Below are positions 1 to 9,809 of a DNA stretch of 64,000 bases, piece after piece (positions within the stretch are counted from its first letter, which is position 1; each line of letters starts with the position of its first letter). The position numbers and the translations under genes are program-made. The notes under the pieces were generated by a model that had not been told where the DNA came from, did not search any database, and saw nothing but the letters and a program-made list of their open reading frames with translations. Source of the stretch: Minisyncoccota bacterium (lineage in GTDB: Bacteria > Patescibacteriota > Minisyncoccia > Phycocordibacterales > UBA9973); NCBI GenBank assembly GCA_041650615.1, contig JBAZKU010000001.1, positions 524,854-588,853 of the forward strand, given 5' to 3'.

Positions 1-47
1 GGGTATAATATAAGTATATTTATTAATAAAATTAATGTTTAAAAACC

Positions 48-2408
48 ATGCATACATATAAAAAATTTTTAATAATTTCTATTTTAATAATTGGAACACT
101 GTTTGCATATAATGTTTTAGCGATAGCTCCTACGGTTGATGTTTACGCCGTTCAAACTTCCATTGGCTATGGTGAATCAACAATTGTAGGTTGGAGCGCG
201 ATCAATGCGACAGGGGGGTGTGTCGGTTTTGGGGGTGTATGGCCACCAAATACAGAAGGTCTTTCAGGAAATATGTCAACAGGTTCTTTAACTAGGTCAA
301 AAACTTATACCATTCGTTGCGCTGATGACCTTGGAAATCTTGTTACAGATTCAGTAACGGTCAATGTCGCTCCCGCTCCAAGTTTGATTGTGTCTCTTTC
401 CGCCAGTCCGACTTCCGTGACTTCCGGCAATTCTTCCACTCTCACTTGGTCTTCTGCCGGGTTCACAGATTGTGTTGCCAGCGGGGATTGGTCCGGGGCC
501 AAAACTACTTCTGGCAGTGAATCAACAGGCAATTTAACTTCAGCCAAAACTTATACCATTGGTTGTTATATAGCAGATGCTTGTCTCCCGTCATTAGGAA
601 ATACTTCATTATGGACAGATAATCATCCCCCATCAACTAATTTGGGTATGTCTAGTGTATGGTGTGCAAGCAAAACCAGCAAAACAGCTTGCGATGGAGC
701 AAGAGCAAGTCCCGGTGGGACGGACCCCGTCCAATATGTTTGCGAATGGACGCCTGCATCTGTTTCAGTTTCTAAAACAGCAACGGTTAGCGTTAATACT
801 CCTCCCCCTACTCCTACCGGTTTTGAAATTATCCCAGGTTGCGAAAGAATTGATGTAAAATGGAATGCGTCAGCAGGAGCGACAAGTTATCAACTGTATC
901 GTGATGGAACTATAAGATACAATGGTTCTAATTTAGAATATCCCGATACTAGCGTTGGCACTACGACGCACACTTATTATGTTACTGCTACAAGTTCTTC
1001 CGGTGTTGTTTCTGCTCCATCTATCACTCATGCCACCGCTGCGCGTCCTCTTTCTTCCCCTTTATGTCTTACCCCGTCTTTGAATCTTTTAGCAGACCCG
1101 CTTGTTGTGGCGAAAAATAATCCTGACCAAAGTTCCGAGGTTGCTGCGTATAAAACTAATGTTCAAATGGGGACAGTTAATTTCTCAAAAAATGTTCCGC
1201 CAACTTCTGGTTTGACAGTAAATATTCCTCCTGACCCCTCAACAGAATCAGCAAGTGTGGCAAAGGGGAACCTTACGGTAGGCGCGGGAACTGCCACAGC
1301 AGCAAGGTATCAAATAACAGTAACCGGAACCGGAACTGGAACAAATTATAATTCAGTTTCTGACTCAGTAAGCGTGCCTGTTGACGTGGTGTCCGGGACT
1401 CTAACTGCTACTTCTTGTGTAATTGCCAGTGGCGCATCCACTTGTAATTCAACAATTACTTGGTCTACGCAAAATCCTCAAGGAATTGTAGCAGTCACCA
1501 GCGATACTAATAGTACTGGAGGTTCTGCTCCGAATACTGTCGTAGCTGTTGGAAATCCAGGCAGTCAATCAATTCCCATTTTTTACCCAAGTAGAAAACT
1601 TTATCTTTACAATTACGGCCTTCGTCTTAATCAGGTTGATGTAGCTCCTACTGCTACTTGCGCATCTGGCACTTCTTGGAATGGAACTATTTGTTCGCCA
1701 ATCGCTTCAGCGCCGACTATTACTTCTCCAACTGCCAGCTGTATTTCTACCACCTCTGCCCTCTTAGGAGCAACCATGACTTCAACCGGGGGTTCAAATA
1801 TCACCGCTTACGGAATTTGTTATGTTAAAGACAACCCTTCCATTCTTCCTTCTTTAGGCAATAGCACTTGTCAAACTACTACTGGCTCTTGGAATGCCGG
1901 CTTTACTTTTGCTTACAACATCGGCAGTCTGTCCGCTGGCTCCACTTATTATTTTAGAGGTTATGCCTCCAATAGTGTGGGAACTTCTTATACTCCGCAG
2001 TATTCATATTCATCTTTTAATTGCTCTGCGCCGCCTACTCCTACTGGCCTTACCGCCACCCCGGCAGCTTGCGGAACGGGCAGAATTGATTTGTCTTGGA
2101 CCGCATCATCCGGAGCTGCAAGTTATAAGGTCAAGCAAGATGGCACTATTTTAAGTACTGATTTTACAGCGACATCTACCGCTATTTCCGGTCTTGCCAA
2201 TGGGTCAAGCCATACCTTTAGCGTTGCCGCAAAAGGTTCCTCCGGTGTTGTTTCCGCTTTTTCATCTAATGTCTCGGCTACCGCTCCACCAGCCTGCAGT
2301 GGCGGAACAGTATCAGGAACTCTTACCCCAAGTCCTTATTCTTGCGAGATTCCTGTCGGTTCCAGTGGTTGTTATGTGGATATAAATTGGAATACAATAT
2401 TCCCTTAA
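48..2408 (+). CDS. Secreted modular surface protein (Ser/Thr/Cys-rich Ig-like and FN3-like modules)
   Basis: Signal peptide MHTYKKFLIISILIIGTLFAYNVLA; FN3-like segments (PPTPTG...W.AS.GA.SY; LSAGSTYYFRGYASNSVGTSY); short SASPTSV..G.SSTLTWS...C.ASGDW modules. Confidence 0.8.
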   Translation: MHTYKKFLIISILIIGTLFAYNVLAIAPTVDVYAVQTSIGYGESTIVGWSAINATGGCVGFGGVWPPNTEGLSGNMSTGSLTRSKTYTIRCADDLGNLVTDSVTVNVAPAPSLIVSLSASPTSVTSGNSSTLTWSSAGFTDCVASGDWSGAKTTSGSESTGNLTSAKTYTIGCYIADACLPSLGNTSLWTDNHPPSTNLGMSSVWCASKTSKTACDGARASPGGTDPVQYVCEWTPASVSVSKTATVSVNTPPPTPTGFEIIPGCERIDVKWNASAGATSYQLYRDGTIRYNGSNLEYPDTSVGTTTHTYYVTATSSSGVVSAPSITHATAARPLSSPLCLTPSLNLLADPLVVAKNNPDQSSEVAAYKTNVQMGTVNFSKNVPPTSGLTVNIPPDPSTESASVAKGNLTVGAGTATAARYQITVTGTGTGTNYNSVSDSVSVPVDVVSGTLTATSCVIASGASTCNSTITWSTQNPQGIVAVTSDTNSTGGSAPNTVVAVGNPGSQSIPIFYPSRKLYLYNYGLRLNQVDVAPTATCASGTSWNGTICSPIASAPTITSPTASCISTTSALLGATMTSTGGSNITAYGICYVKDNPSILPSLGNSTCQTTTGSWNAGFTFAYNIGSLSAGSTYYFRGYASNSVGTSYTPQYSYSSFNCSAPPTPTGLTATPAACGTGRIDLSWTASSGAASYKVKQDGTILSTDFTATSTAISGLANGSSHTFSVAAKGSSGVVSAFSSNVSATAPPACSGGTVSGTLTPSPYSCEIPVGSSGCYVDINWNTIFP

Positions 2409-2438
2409 AAAATATTATTAAAAATAACCAATAAAAAA

Positions 2439-4586
2439 ATGAAAAATACATATAAAAAATTTTTAATAATATTTGTTCTAATAGTAGGAGTATTGTTCAC
2501 TTATAATGTTGTTTCAGCTCAACCTGTTGCAAGTATTTCAGCCAGTCCGACAACTGTGGTTTCTGGTGGGTCATCTACTATTACCTGGTCATCCACCGGT
2601 ACGACAGGCTGTACCGCAAGCGGTGATTGGTCAGGATATAAATTTTACCAAGGTAGTCAATCAACCGGTGCTTTAACTTCAACAAAAACTTATACAATTC
2701 AGTGTGATGATGTCGGAGTTGATTTTAGCAATATAGCATCAGTAACAGTTACGGTTACCCCCTCAGTTACCCCTCCATCTATCTCTTCTCCAACTGCTTC
2801 CAGTATTACTACTAGTTCTGCCACTTTGGGAGCAAATATAACTTCAAACGGAGGGGCAAGTAGTGTAACCCACGGTTTTTGTTTATCAAACAATCCTAGT
2901 TCAGTCCTAAGCAGTTGTACGACCGATAGCACTCCTGTAAATACCGGTTCCATTACCAAAAATTATACCGGCCTTGCTTCCGGCACCACTTACTATTATG
3001 AAGGTTATGCTAGAAATAGCGCTGGAACTTCCTATACTTCAATGACTTCTTTTACCACAAGTTCATCTACAACTGCTCCTTCTATCTCTTCTCCAACTGC
3101 TACTGCTATTACTGCTACTTCCGCTTTCTTAGGAGCAAATATCACTTCCAATGGAGGAGGAAGTATTTCAGACCACGGTATTTGTTATGTCGCCAATGAT
3201 CCATCCTTTGTTCCTATGTTGGGCAGAAGCAATACTACTTGCTCGCATCTTGGCGCTTTTTCAACTGGCGCTTTTTCATCTTCCTATTCCGGTCTTTCCC
3301 CTAATACCACTTATTACTTCACAGGTTATGCCACCAATAGTGTCGGGACTTCTTACACTACAACTGCTCATTTTACCACTTTAACTAATGCTATAAATGG
3401 TGTCTGTTCGTCTCCGGCTACTCATTACACTTGTACTTCTTCGGGGGCAAGCACCAACAAAGTAAGCGGCGCCACTTCTTGGACCTGGACTTGTCCTGGG
3501 TCTAATGGGGGAACTAATGCATCATGTACAGAAGCTAAAGGCACTTCTGCGGTTACCAGTTCTTACCCTGTTGCCAATACTAATGTTGCCAATGGAAATT
3601 CGGGAGGGCAATCAGTTTTTATCCCATATAGCTCTAGAGCATTTTATCTTTATAATTCTAGTTCTGTTCCTCCCCTTGATGGAATTACTGTGACATCTTA
3701 TTGTGCCAGTGGTAGCCAATGGAATAGCAGTAGTGGTACCTGCGCAGCAACTATTAATGGTAGTTGTTCTCCGACTCATTATAATTGTACCTCTCCAGCC
3801 GCAAGTACTAATGAAGTAAGCGGCGCCACTTCTTGGACTTGGACTTGTCCCGGATCAAATGGAGGAGCGAGCGCTTCTTGTTCGGAAGATAAAACTCTTC
3901 CTGATTTAACGGCGGGAGATATTACTCCAACCATAACTTCTGTGGGAACTGCGCTTATTTTTTCTTCAACCATTTCAAACATAGGCAATGCGTCTACGGG
4001 CACTCCTTTCAGCAACTTCTTTCAAGTGGCAACTGCGGCAAATGGCGGTGGCATAGTCAGCGATCTTGCTCCTAAGTCAATGGCGACCTTAACTTCAAAT
4101 ACATCAAACACTGCCACTTCTCCTTCATATACTTTCACATCCATCGGAACATACTCAGTGAGAGCTTGCGCGGATAAAACTTCATCAGCGGGTGGAGGTA
4201 TTATTGATGAATTAAACGAAGGCAACAACTGTTCTGGCGCTTGGGCAACTATAACAGTGGTAAATGCTGATACTCCGATTGATGGTTCCTGCGCATCAAA
4301 TCATTACTTCTGTTCGTCTCCGGGAGCGGCTATTGATAGAGTAGACGGCGCCTCTTCTTGGACTTGGACTTGTCCCGGGTCTCACGGCGGGAGCGATACA
4401 TCCTGTTCAGAAATAAAGATGCTGGACAACGGTTCTTGCGCAACGACACATTATAATTGTTCCGTAGGTACGAGCGTCAATAATGTGGAAAATTCCACTT
4501 CCTGGACATGGCAATGTAATGGTCTTGTAACGAATGCATCTTGTTCGGAGTCAAAAACCAAGAAGCCCGGATATAAAGAAAATTAA
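2439..4586 (+). CDS. Secreted modular surface protein, paralog of 48..2408, with Cys-rich repeats and a CARDB-like domain
   Basis: Near-identical signal peptide; two FN3-like modules; four GxC..HYxC...SWTWxC modules; CARDB-like segment LPDLTAG...ISNIGNA...YSVRACAD...IDELNEGNNC. Confidence 0.8.
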   Translation: MKNTYKKFLIIFVLIVGVLFTYNVVSAQPVASISASPTTVVSGGSSTITWSSTGTTGCTASGDWSGYKFYQGSQSTGALTSTKTYTIQCDDVGVDFSNIASVTVTVTPSVTPPSISSPTASSITTSSATLGANITSNGGASSVTHGFCLSNNPSSVLSSCTTDSTPVNTGSITKNYTGLASGTTYYYEGYARNSAGTSYTSMTSFTTSSSTTAPSISSPTATAITATSAFLGANITSNGGGSISDHGICYVANDPSFVPMLGRSNTTCSHLGAFSTGAFSSSYSGLSPNTTYYFTGYATNSVGTSYTTTAHFTTLTNAINGVCSSPATHYTCTSSGASTNKVSGATSWTWTCPGSNGGTNASCTEAKGTSAVTSSYPVANTNVANGNSGGQSVFIPYSSRAFYLYNSSSVPPLDGITVTSYCASGSQWNSSSGTCAATINGSCSPTHYNCTSPAASTNEVSGATSWTWTCPGSNGGASASCSEDKTLPDLTAGDITPTITSVGTALIFSSTISNIGNASTGTPFSNFFQVATAANGGGIVSDLAPKSMATLTSNTSNTATSPSYTFTSIGTYSVRACADKTSSAGGGIIDELNEGNNCSGAWATITVVNADTPIDGSCASNHYFCSSPGAAIDRVDGASSWTWTCPGSHGGSDTSCSEIKMLDNGSCATTHYNCSVGTSVNNVENSTSWTWQCNGLVTNASCSESKTKKPGYKEN
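3393..4549 (+). repeat. Four dispersed intragenic Cys-rich module repeats (~3393-3533, 3753-3887, 4278-4412, 4425-4549)
   Basis: DNA core cggcgcc(a/t)cttcttggac(c/t)tggacttgtcc recurs near 3467, 3821 and 4346, with a degenerate copy near 4495. Confidence 0.8.
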
Positions 4587-4604
4587 CATATTAAAAATAA
4601 TATT

Positions 4605-4640
4605 TATCAAAAAATCTCCCAATTGGGAGATTTTTTGATA
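4605..4640. terminator. Perfect 36-bp palindrome, probable bidirectional intrinsic terminator, overlapping the pilB -10 element
   Basis: tatcaaaaaatctcccaa|ttgggagattttttgata, with A and T tracts at the stem base. Confidence 0.7.
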
Positions 4641-4644
4641 TAAT
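4636..4644 (+). promoter_or_regulatory. Extended -10 promoter (TGATATAAT) 6 nt before the pilB ATG; probably leaderless
   Basis: TGnTATAAT consensus with no Shine-Dalgarno before ATG 4651. Confidence 0.55.
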
Positions 4645-4650
4645 AAACTA

Positions 4651-6402
4651 ATGCAAATCAATAAGGAGCAATTGAAAAAAGTTATTTTAGACTCGGGAAT
4701 TGTTTCGCGTTCCGAACTTGACGAGGCAGTTAAAAAAGCAGAGGCAAAAAAACAAAAACTCGGCGATATTTTGTTGTCGGATGGTAAAATATCTGAAGCT
4801 GATTTAAAACGAATGGAAGCTTTTGTTTTAGAAATACCTTTTGTTAATTTAATTAATAAAAAAATTGATCCTTCCGTTCTTTCTCTTGTTCCGGAACCGA
4901 TTGCCAGAAATCATAACATTATTGCTTATAAAAAAAGCGAGACAGGTTTGGAGGTGGCCATGCTGGATGTTGACGATTTGCCGATAATAGATTTCATCAA
5001 AAAACGGGCGGGCGGAAAAATTCTACCCCGACTTACCGATACCGATTCAATAAAATCGGCGTTGGTGCAGTATAGAAAAAGTTTGCAGGCCGATTTTGAC
5101 AACATTATTCAAAAAGAATCCTTGTCTCTGAAAACCGATAAAGATTCAAAAGAGCTGGAGAAAACGGAAAAAGAACTGAAAGACTTGGCTGAAGATTTAC
5201 CGGTAATTAAAATCGTTGATTCCTTGATTTCTCACGCCATCTTGCAAAATGCTTCCGATGTTCATATTGAACCGGGAGAAAATGAATTGATTGTAAGATA
5301 CAGAATAGACGGTATGTTGCATGATGCTATGATTTTGGATAAAAACACAGCGCCGGGCATTATTACTCGCATAAAAGTGCTGGCCAATTTGAAGCTTGAT
5401 GAAAAAAGATTGCCTCAAGACGGCAGATTTAAAATAGATCAAAATGGAGACAAAGTTTCCTTTCGTGTTTCCACTTTGCCGACTTTTTACGGCGAAAAAG
5501 CGGTAATCAGAATTTTAAAAGAAGGCTCACAGGGTTTTTCTTTGGAAATGCTTGGTTTTCATGGGGAAGGATTGGAAAGGATTCACGATTCCTTAAAGCA
5601 AAAAATTGGAATGATTCTTGCTACCGGACCTACCGGAAGTGGAAAAACGACCACTCTTTACACCATGCTTGAAATTTTAAATAAGCCGGAAGTGAATATT
5701 TCCACCGTAGAGGACCCGATTGAATATCAAATGACCAGAATAAATCAAACTCAAGTAAAACCGGAGATAGGGCTTACTTTCGCAAACGGACTTCGTTCTC
5801 TTCTTCGCCAAGACCCGGATATAGTGATGGTTGGAGAAATTCGCGACGGGGAGACGGCCGGATTGGCTATTAATGCCTCGCTTACCGGGCATCTTGTTTT
5901 GTCTACTATCCACACCAATTCCGCCGCGGGAGCAATTCCAAGATTGATGGATATGGGAGTTTTGCCGTTTCTAATAATTTCAACCGTTAAAACAATTATT
6001 GCCCAGAGGCTGGTGCGAAGACTTACCCCAAGCAAAGAAAAATATTTTTTATCAGCGGATGAACTGAAGAATTTGGCAAAGCTTATTGATTTGGACCGCA
6101 TGCTTTTGATATTAAAAAATGAAAAACTTATAGGACCGGGAGATACGTGGGGAAAAGTTCCTTTTTATAAGCCGGTGGGGAACAGCGAATCGCCGGACGG
6201 GTATTCGGACCGTATTGGAATTCATGAAGTGTTGAAAGTGACGTCTTCCATCAAAGAATTGATTATTCGGGGAAGTTCTCAGGATGAAATAGAAGCGCAG
6301 GCGAAAAAAGAAGGGATGATAACGATTCTGGAAGATGGAGTCTTTCAGTCGGTTTTAGGGAATACGAGCTTAGAAGAAGTGTTTAGAGTGGTTTCCGAGT
6401 AG
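4651..6402 (+). CDS. pilB: Type IV pilus assembly ATPase PilB/GspE
   Basis: ASDVHIEP, LDEKRLPQDGRF, Walker A GPTGSGKTTT, LRQDPDIVMVGEIRD, TGHLVLSTIHTNSA. Confidence 0.95.
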   Translation: MQINKEQLKKVILDSGIVSRSELDEAVKKAEAKKQKLGDILLSDGKISEADLKRMEAFVLEIPFVNLINKKIDPSVLSLVPEPIARNHNIIAYKKSETGLEVAMLDVDDLPIIDFIKKRAGGKILPRLTDTDSIKSALVQYRKSLQADFDNIIQKESLSLKTDKDSKELEKTEKELKDLAEDLPVIKIVDSLISHAILQNASDVHIEPGENELIVRYRIDGMLHDAMILDKNTAPGIITRIKVLANLKLDEKRLPQDGRFKIDQNGDKVSFRVSTLPTFYGEKAVIRILKEGSQGFSLEMLGFHGEGLERIHDSLKQKIGMILATGPTGSGKTTTLYTMLEILNKPEVNISTVEDPIEYQMTRINQTQVKPEIGLTFANGLRSLLRQDPDIVMVGEIRDGETAGLAINASLTGHLVLSTIHTNSAAGAIPRLMDMGVLPFLIISTVKTIIAQRLVRRLTPSKEKYFLSADELKNLAKLIDLDRMLLILKNEKLIGPGDTWGKVPFYKPVGNSESPDGYSDRIGIHEVLKVTSSIKELIIRGSSQDEIEAQAKKEGMITILEDGVFQSVLGNTSLEEVFRVVSE

Positions 6403-6429
6403 TTTCTTAAAAACAATAAATAAAACATT

Positions 6430-7647
6430 ATGCTTTTTTTATACAAAGCAAAACTAAAGAGCGGAGAAATTATAGAAGGAACGATGGAATCAGCAGACCG
6501 CTTTTCTCTTTCCCGCGAATTGAAATCTCGCGGGAATATTCCTATATCCATAAAAGAGAAAAAAAAGAGTTCTCTTGACCCTTCAAAAATATTCGGGTAT
6601 TTCTTTTCAAGAGTGAAAATTGGAGAACAAATTATTTTTACCAAAAACTTGAGCGGGATGCTTAAAGCCGGACTTTCTCTCTTTAGAGCCTTATCTGTTT
6701 TAAAAAAACAGACAAAAAATGCCGCTCTTGATAAGATTTTAACGTCACTTTCCGATGAAATAAATGCCGGGGGGACGCTTTCTTCCGGAATGGCAAAATT
6801 TCCGGATGTTTTTTCAAAACTTTTTGTTTCAATGACGCGCGCCGGAGAGGAATCCGGCAATCTCTCCGGCGCGCTTTCCGAAATAGGTATGAATTTGGAA
6901 AAAGCGCATTCTTTGACTAAAAAAATAAAAGGAGCACTTGTTTATCCGGGAGTAATTCTTTCCGCTATGATTTTAATAGGTATTTTAATGTTTGCTTTTG
7001 TCGTGCCGACACTGGCTAGCACATTTAAAGAACTTGGAGTGGAATTACCCACTTCAACCAAATTTATAATTGCCTTAGGAAATTTCTTTTCTCAATATTT
7101 AATTTTATCTCTTGTTTTAATAATAGGATCCGTGGTTGGAATAATTTCTTTCTTGCGCGCCTCTTTTATAAAAAAATATGTTGATTTTGTAATTATAAAA
7201 CTCCCTGTTATCGGCGATATGTCCAAGGAATTGAATACTGCTCGTACCGCGCGCACTATGTCTTCTTTATTATTGTCAGGCGTATCTATAATTAGGGCGA
7301 TTGAAATAACAGAAGATGTAGTACAGAATGTCTATTATAAAAAAGTTCTGAATCAGGCAAAAGAAGAAATAGAAAAGGGGGCTCCGTTCTCCAAAGCTTT
7401 TGAAGAGAGTCCGGATCTTTATCCAGTGATGATGACAGAGATGGTTCAGGTGGGGGAAGAGACTGGGAATCTGTCGGATATGTTGCTTCAAGTCGCTTCT
7501 TTTTATGAAGGAGAGGTAGAAAATAAAACAAAAAATCTTTCCACCATTATTGAACCGGTTTTAATGATTATTATCGGCGCCGCCGTCGGTTTCTTCGCCA
7601 TTTCCATGATTACCCCTTTGTACTCGGTGATGGATAATATAGAATAA
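6430..7647 (+). CDS. pilC: Type IV pilus platform protein PilC/GspF
   Basis: Two T2SSF repeats (AGEESGNL, VGEETGNL) and C-terminal IIEPVLMIIIG. Confidence 0.95.
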   Translation: MLFLYKAKLKSGEIIEGTMESADRFSLSRELKSRGNIPISIKEKKKSSLDPSKIFGYFFSRVKIGEQIIFTKNLSGMLKAGLSLFRALSVLKKQTKNAALDKILTSLSDEINAGGTLSSGMAKFPDVFSKLFVSMTRAGEESGNLSGALSEIGMNLEKAHSLTKKIKGALVYPGVILSAMILIGILMFAFVVPTLASTFKELGVELPTSTKFIIALGNFFSQYLILSLVLIIGSVVGIISFLRASFIKKYVDFVIIKLPVIGDMSKELNTARTARTMSSLLLSGVSIIRAIEITEDVVQNVYYKKVLNQAKEEIEKGAPFSKAFEESPDLYPVMMTEMVQVGEETGNLSDMLLQVASFYEGEVENKTKNLSTIIEPVLMIIIGAAVGFFAISMITPLYSVMDNIE

Positions 7648-7722
7648 AACTTGACTTTTTCTTTTAAAAGTGTATTGTTAACAACAAAGACAATCATTGT
7701 TATTTAAAAAAGGAAGGAAATT

Positions 7723-8304
7723 ATGGAAACTGCGCTCTCTCCCATTCTACGGTTGAAAGAACCCTCTTACCAAGGGAAACCATATCATATTATTGCCAAT
7801 AAACTTTTTTCCAAAAAGATGGCAATTATTCTTAAACCAACCGAGAAAAGATTTAATGTTAAAAACGATCTTTCCGAACTTTTGTCAGTGAAAGGGAAAG
7901 ACAGAAAAATTGATCGGATTGATCCTAATTTTATCGACTGGTTTGGAAATGTTACGATTAACGGACGCAAAGAAGAAACTGTGTCATTCTTGTATGAGTT
8001 TTTAAAGGATTTGTCTCATAAAGAGATAATATCGATAAGTAAAGAATATCGAGTATATAAAAAATTCAACATATTCGATGCAGTTTTATTGATCCAAAAG
8101 ATTATTGATATCAACGAAATCTGGATTCCAAACGCGACAAGAATTGCTATCCTTTTGGAAGAACAACACAATAATCTGGAGTGCAAACTGGAAGTATTTT
8201 GTGTTACTGGCGGAAAAATCAGAGTTCGTGTATACGAAACTAATCCCGCTATCAGGTACAGTGTTGGTGGATTTATTGTTTTTGGTAAAAGAGACGAGAT
8301 TTAA
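7723..8304 (+). CDS. Hypothetical protein
   Basis: 193-aa ORF with its own TTGACT/TATTGT promoter-like pair (7651-7678) and an SD-like aaggaagg; no recognised motif. Confidence 0.6.
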   Translation: METALSPILRLKEPSYQGKPYHIIANKLFSKKMAIILKPTEKRFNVKNDLSELLSVKGKDRKIDRIDPNFIDWFGNVTINGRKEETVSFLYEFLKDLSHKEIISISKEYRVYKKFNIFDAVLLIQKIIDINEIWIPNATRIAILLEEQHNNLECKLEVFCVTGGKIRVRVYETNPAIRYSVGGFIVFGKRDEI

Positions 8305-8308
8305 ATTT

Positions 8309-8342
8309 GGGCCCTTTGATATTTTTTCTATATCTTGGGGCC
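8309..8342. terminator. Hairpin between convergent genes, possible terminator
   Basis: ggccctttgatat-ttttct-atatcttggggcc imperfect stem followed by Ts. Confidence 0.4.
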
Positions 8343-8344
8343 TT

Positions 8345-9805
8345 TTAATTTTTCACTTCCTGCCAAGAAAGTATTTGGTAGTTGTCGGAAGTTAAAGGAA
8401 AACTCGGAGGGGGAGCGTAAAGCAGATTGGCATCATAGGCTATGTTTCTGGTAGTGTATCCGGTTCCATCAGTATAAGCAAATCCATATCGGTCGTGAGA
8501 GGCAATCATTCCATAAAGAGAAATAGTAGAACGGTTTTCGTATTCACAACTACTTCCCCCATAATAAAATCTCCCCACATTGTCGTTTTGCGCTATTAGG
8601 GCGGCGTCTATTTTTAAATCATTGTCGCTAATCATCCCAACTTGAATTCCTCCCTGTCCGATTAATCCCAGGGAGTCTGTGCCATTATAGTTGGTATAAA
8701 GAATATCATTATTTACTATGATATTTTTAAATTTTGTTGTATCGGTCGGCACTGGTAAATCAGCGGCAGTAATGGTTAAACGAGCATTATTTATTTGACC
8801 GTCAATTACCAGATGGTCTTCCATAAAAATTATCCCATTTAACGGGAAAGGATAATTGCCTTGGAGAGTTTCTGTGCCAACGCTCCAACTTACGCTAGTT
8901 CCCCAGCAATCTCCCAAATCCGCCCAAGAATTTATTTTATATAAATCAAAAGTATTATTGGTTTTTAAAACTATATGGTATCCGACATATCCACTTCCGG
9001 CAGCATCTCTATAGAATCCATTTTCCGAATCTGCGTCATCTTTTAAAGTTGCCAAATCCGTTGTAAAACCTGAAAAATCGATTGTCGGCTGGCTTATTAA
9101 ACGTCCGGCTTGAAATACATCCGGGCGGGAAGGAATAGAACTCGGATTTGCTTCGGCTGCTTGGTAACTTTCGTCAATCCCGGTTGCCGGAGGAACTCTC
9201 ACGTGGGTATGCACCCCGATTTCATTTTCACCATAATGGTCGGGGTCATTGTAAGTTGTTACTCCGCTGGTAATTATATTATGAGCAAGCCCGTCAAAAC
9301 GAATACCTCCATTTGAATGAATAGGCCCGAAAATTTCTGTGCCTTGTCCAAATCGCATATTGGCATGTCCGGCAAAAGCAAATTTGGCAATTGATGGTTT
9401 TGCCACCCTGCTTTCTATTTTTCGCAAAATTGAAGGGTCTGCTAAAGTGGAACCGGTAGATTTTATTTTAACCAGAGTTGAACCCATTGAAGGGGCGGTA
9501 ATTTCAAGAGAAAATTGTCCGACAGTAGTTCCATTTTTGTCTTTTAAGAGATGTACATAAGGTCCATCCACTTCAGTGCCGTCTTTATAATCTGATGGAG
9601 CATGAGCCAAATGCCAGCGATAATAATCTATCCCAGCTTCAGCTATTTGAAATGATTGTTCTCTGTTAAAAGTTTCCCGTCCGCTTTTTATGGATATGGC
9701 TGCCCAACCCGCAAGCGCGGTAATAATACAAATAGATACTGCGCCGAAAATCACCACGTAAATTAGAAGTATTCCCTTATTCTTTTGAATATTTTTCCTT
9801 TTCAT
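8345..9805 (-). CDS. PilX-like minor pilin / pilus assembly protein
   Basis: KG-ILLIYVVIFG hydrophobic N-terminus; QSFQIAEAGIDYYRW PilX-N motif; C-terminal YDANLLYAPPPSFP. Confidence 0.75.
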   Translation of the reverse strand: MKRKNIQKNKGILLIYVVIFGAVSICIITALAGWAAISIKSGRETFNREQSFQIAEAGIDYYRWHLAHAPSDYKDGTEVDGPYVHLLKDKNGTTVGQFSLEITAPSMGSTLVKIKSTGSTLADPSILRKIESRVAKPSIAKFAFAGHANMRFGQGTEIFGPIHSNGGIRFDGLAHNIITSGVTTYNDPDHYGENEIGVHTHVRVPPATGIDESYQAAEANPSSIPSRPDVFQAGRLISQPTIDFSGFTTDLATLKDDADSENGFYRDAAGSGYVGYHIVLKTNNTFDLYKINSWADLGDCWGTSVSWSVGTETLQGNYPFPLNGIIFMEDHLVIDGQINNARLTITAADLPVPTDTTKFKNIIVNNDILYTNYNGTDSLGLIGQGGIQVGMISDNDLKIDAALIAQNDNVGRFYYGGSSCEYENRSTISLYGMIASHDRYGFAYTDGTGYTTRNIAYDANLLYAPPPSFPLTSDNYQILSWQEVKN

Positions 9806-9809
9806 CTCA

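Noticed and set aside
48-4586. Diversity-generating retroelement target/template pair
   Set aside because: No reverse transcriptase in the window, and repeat differences are not adenine-specific.
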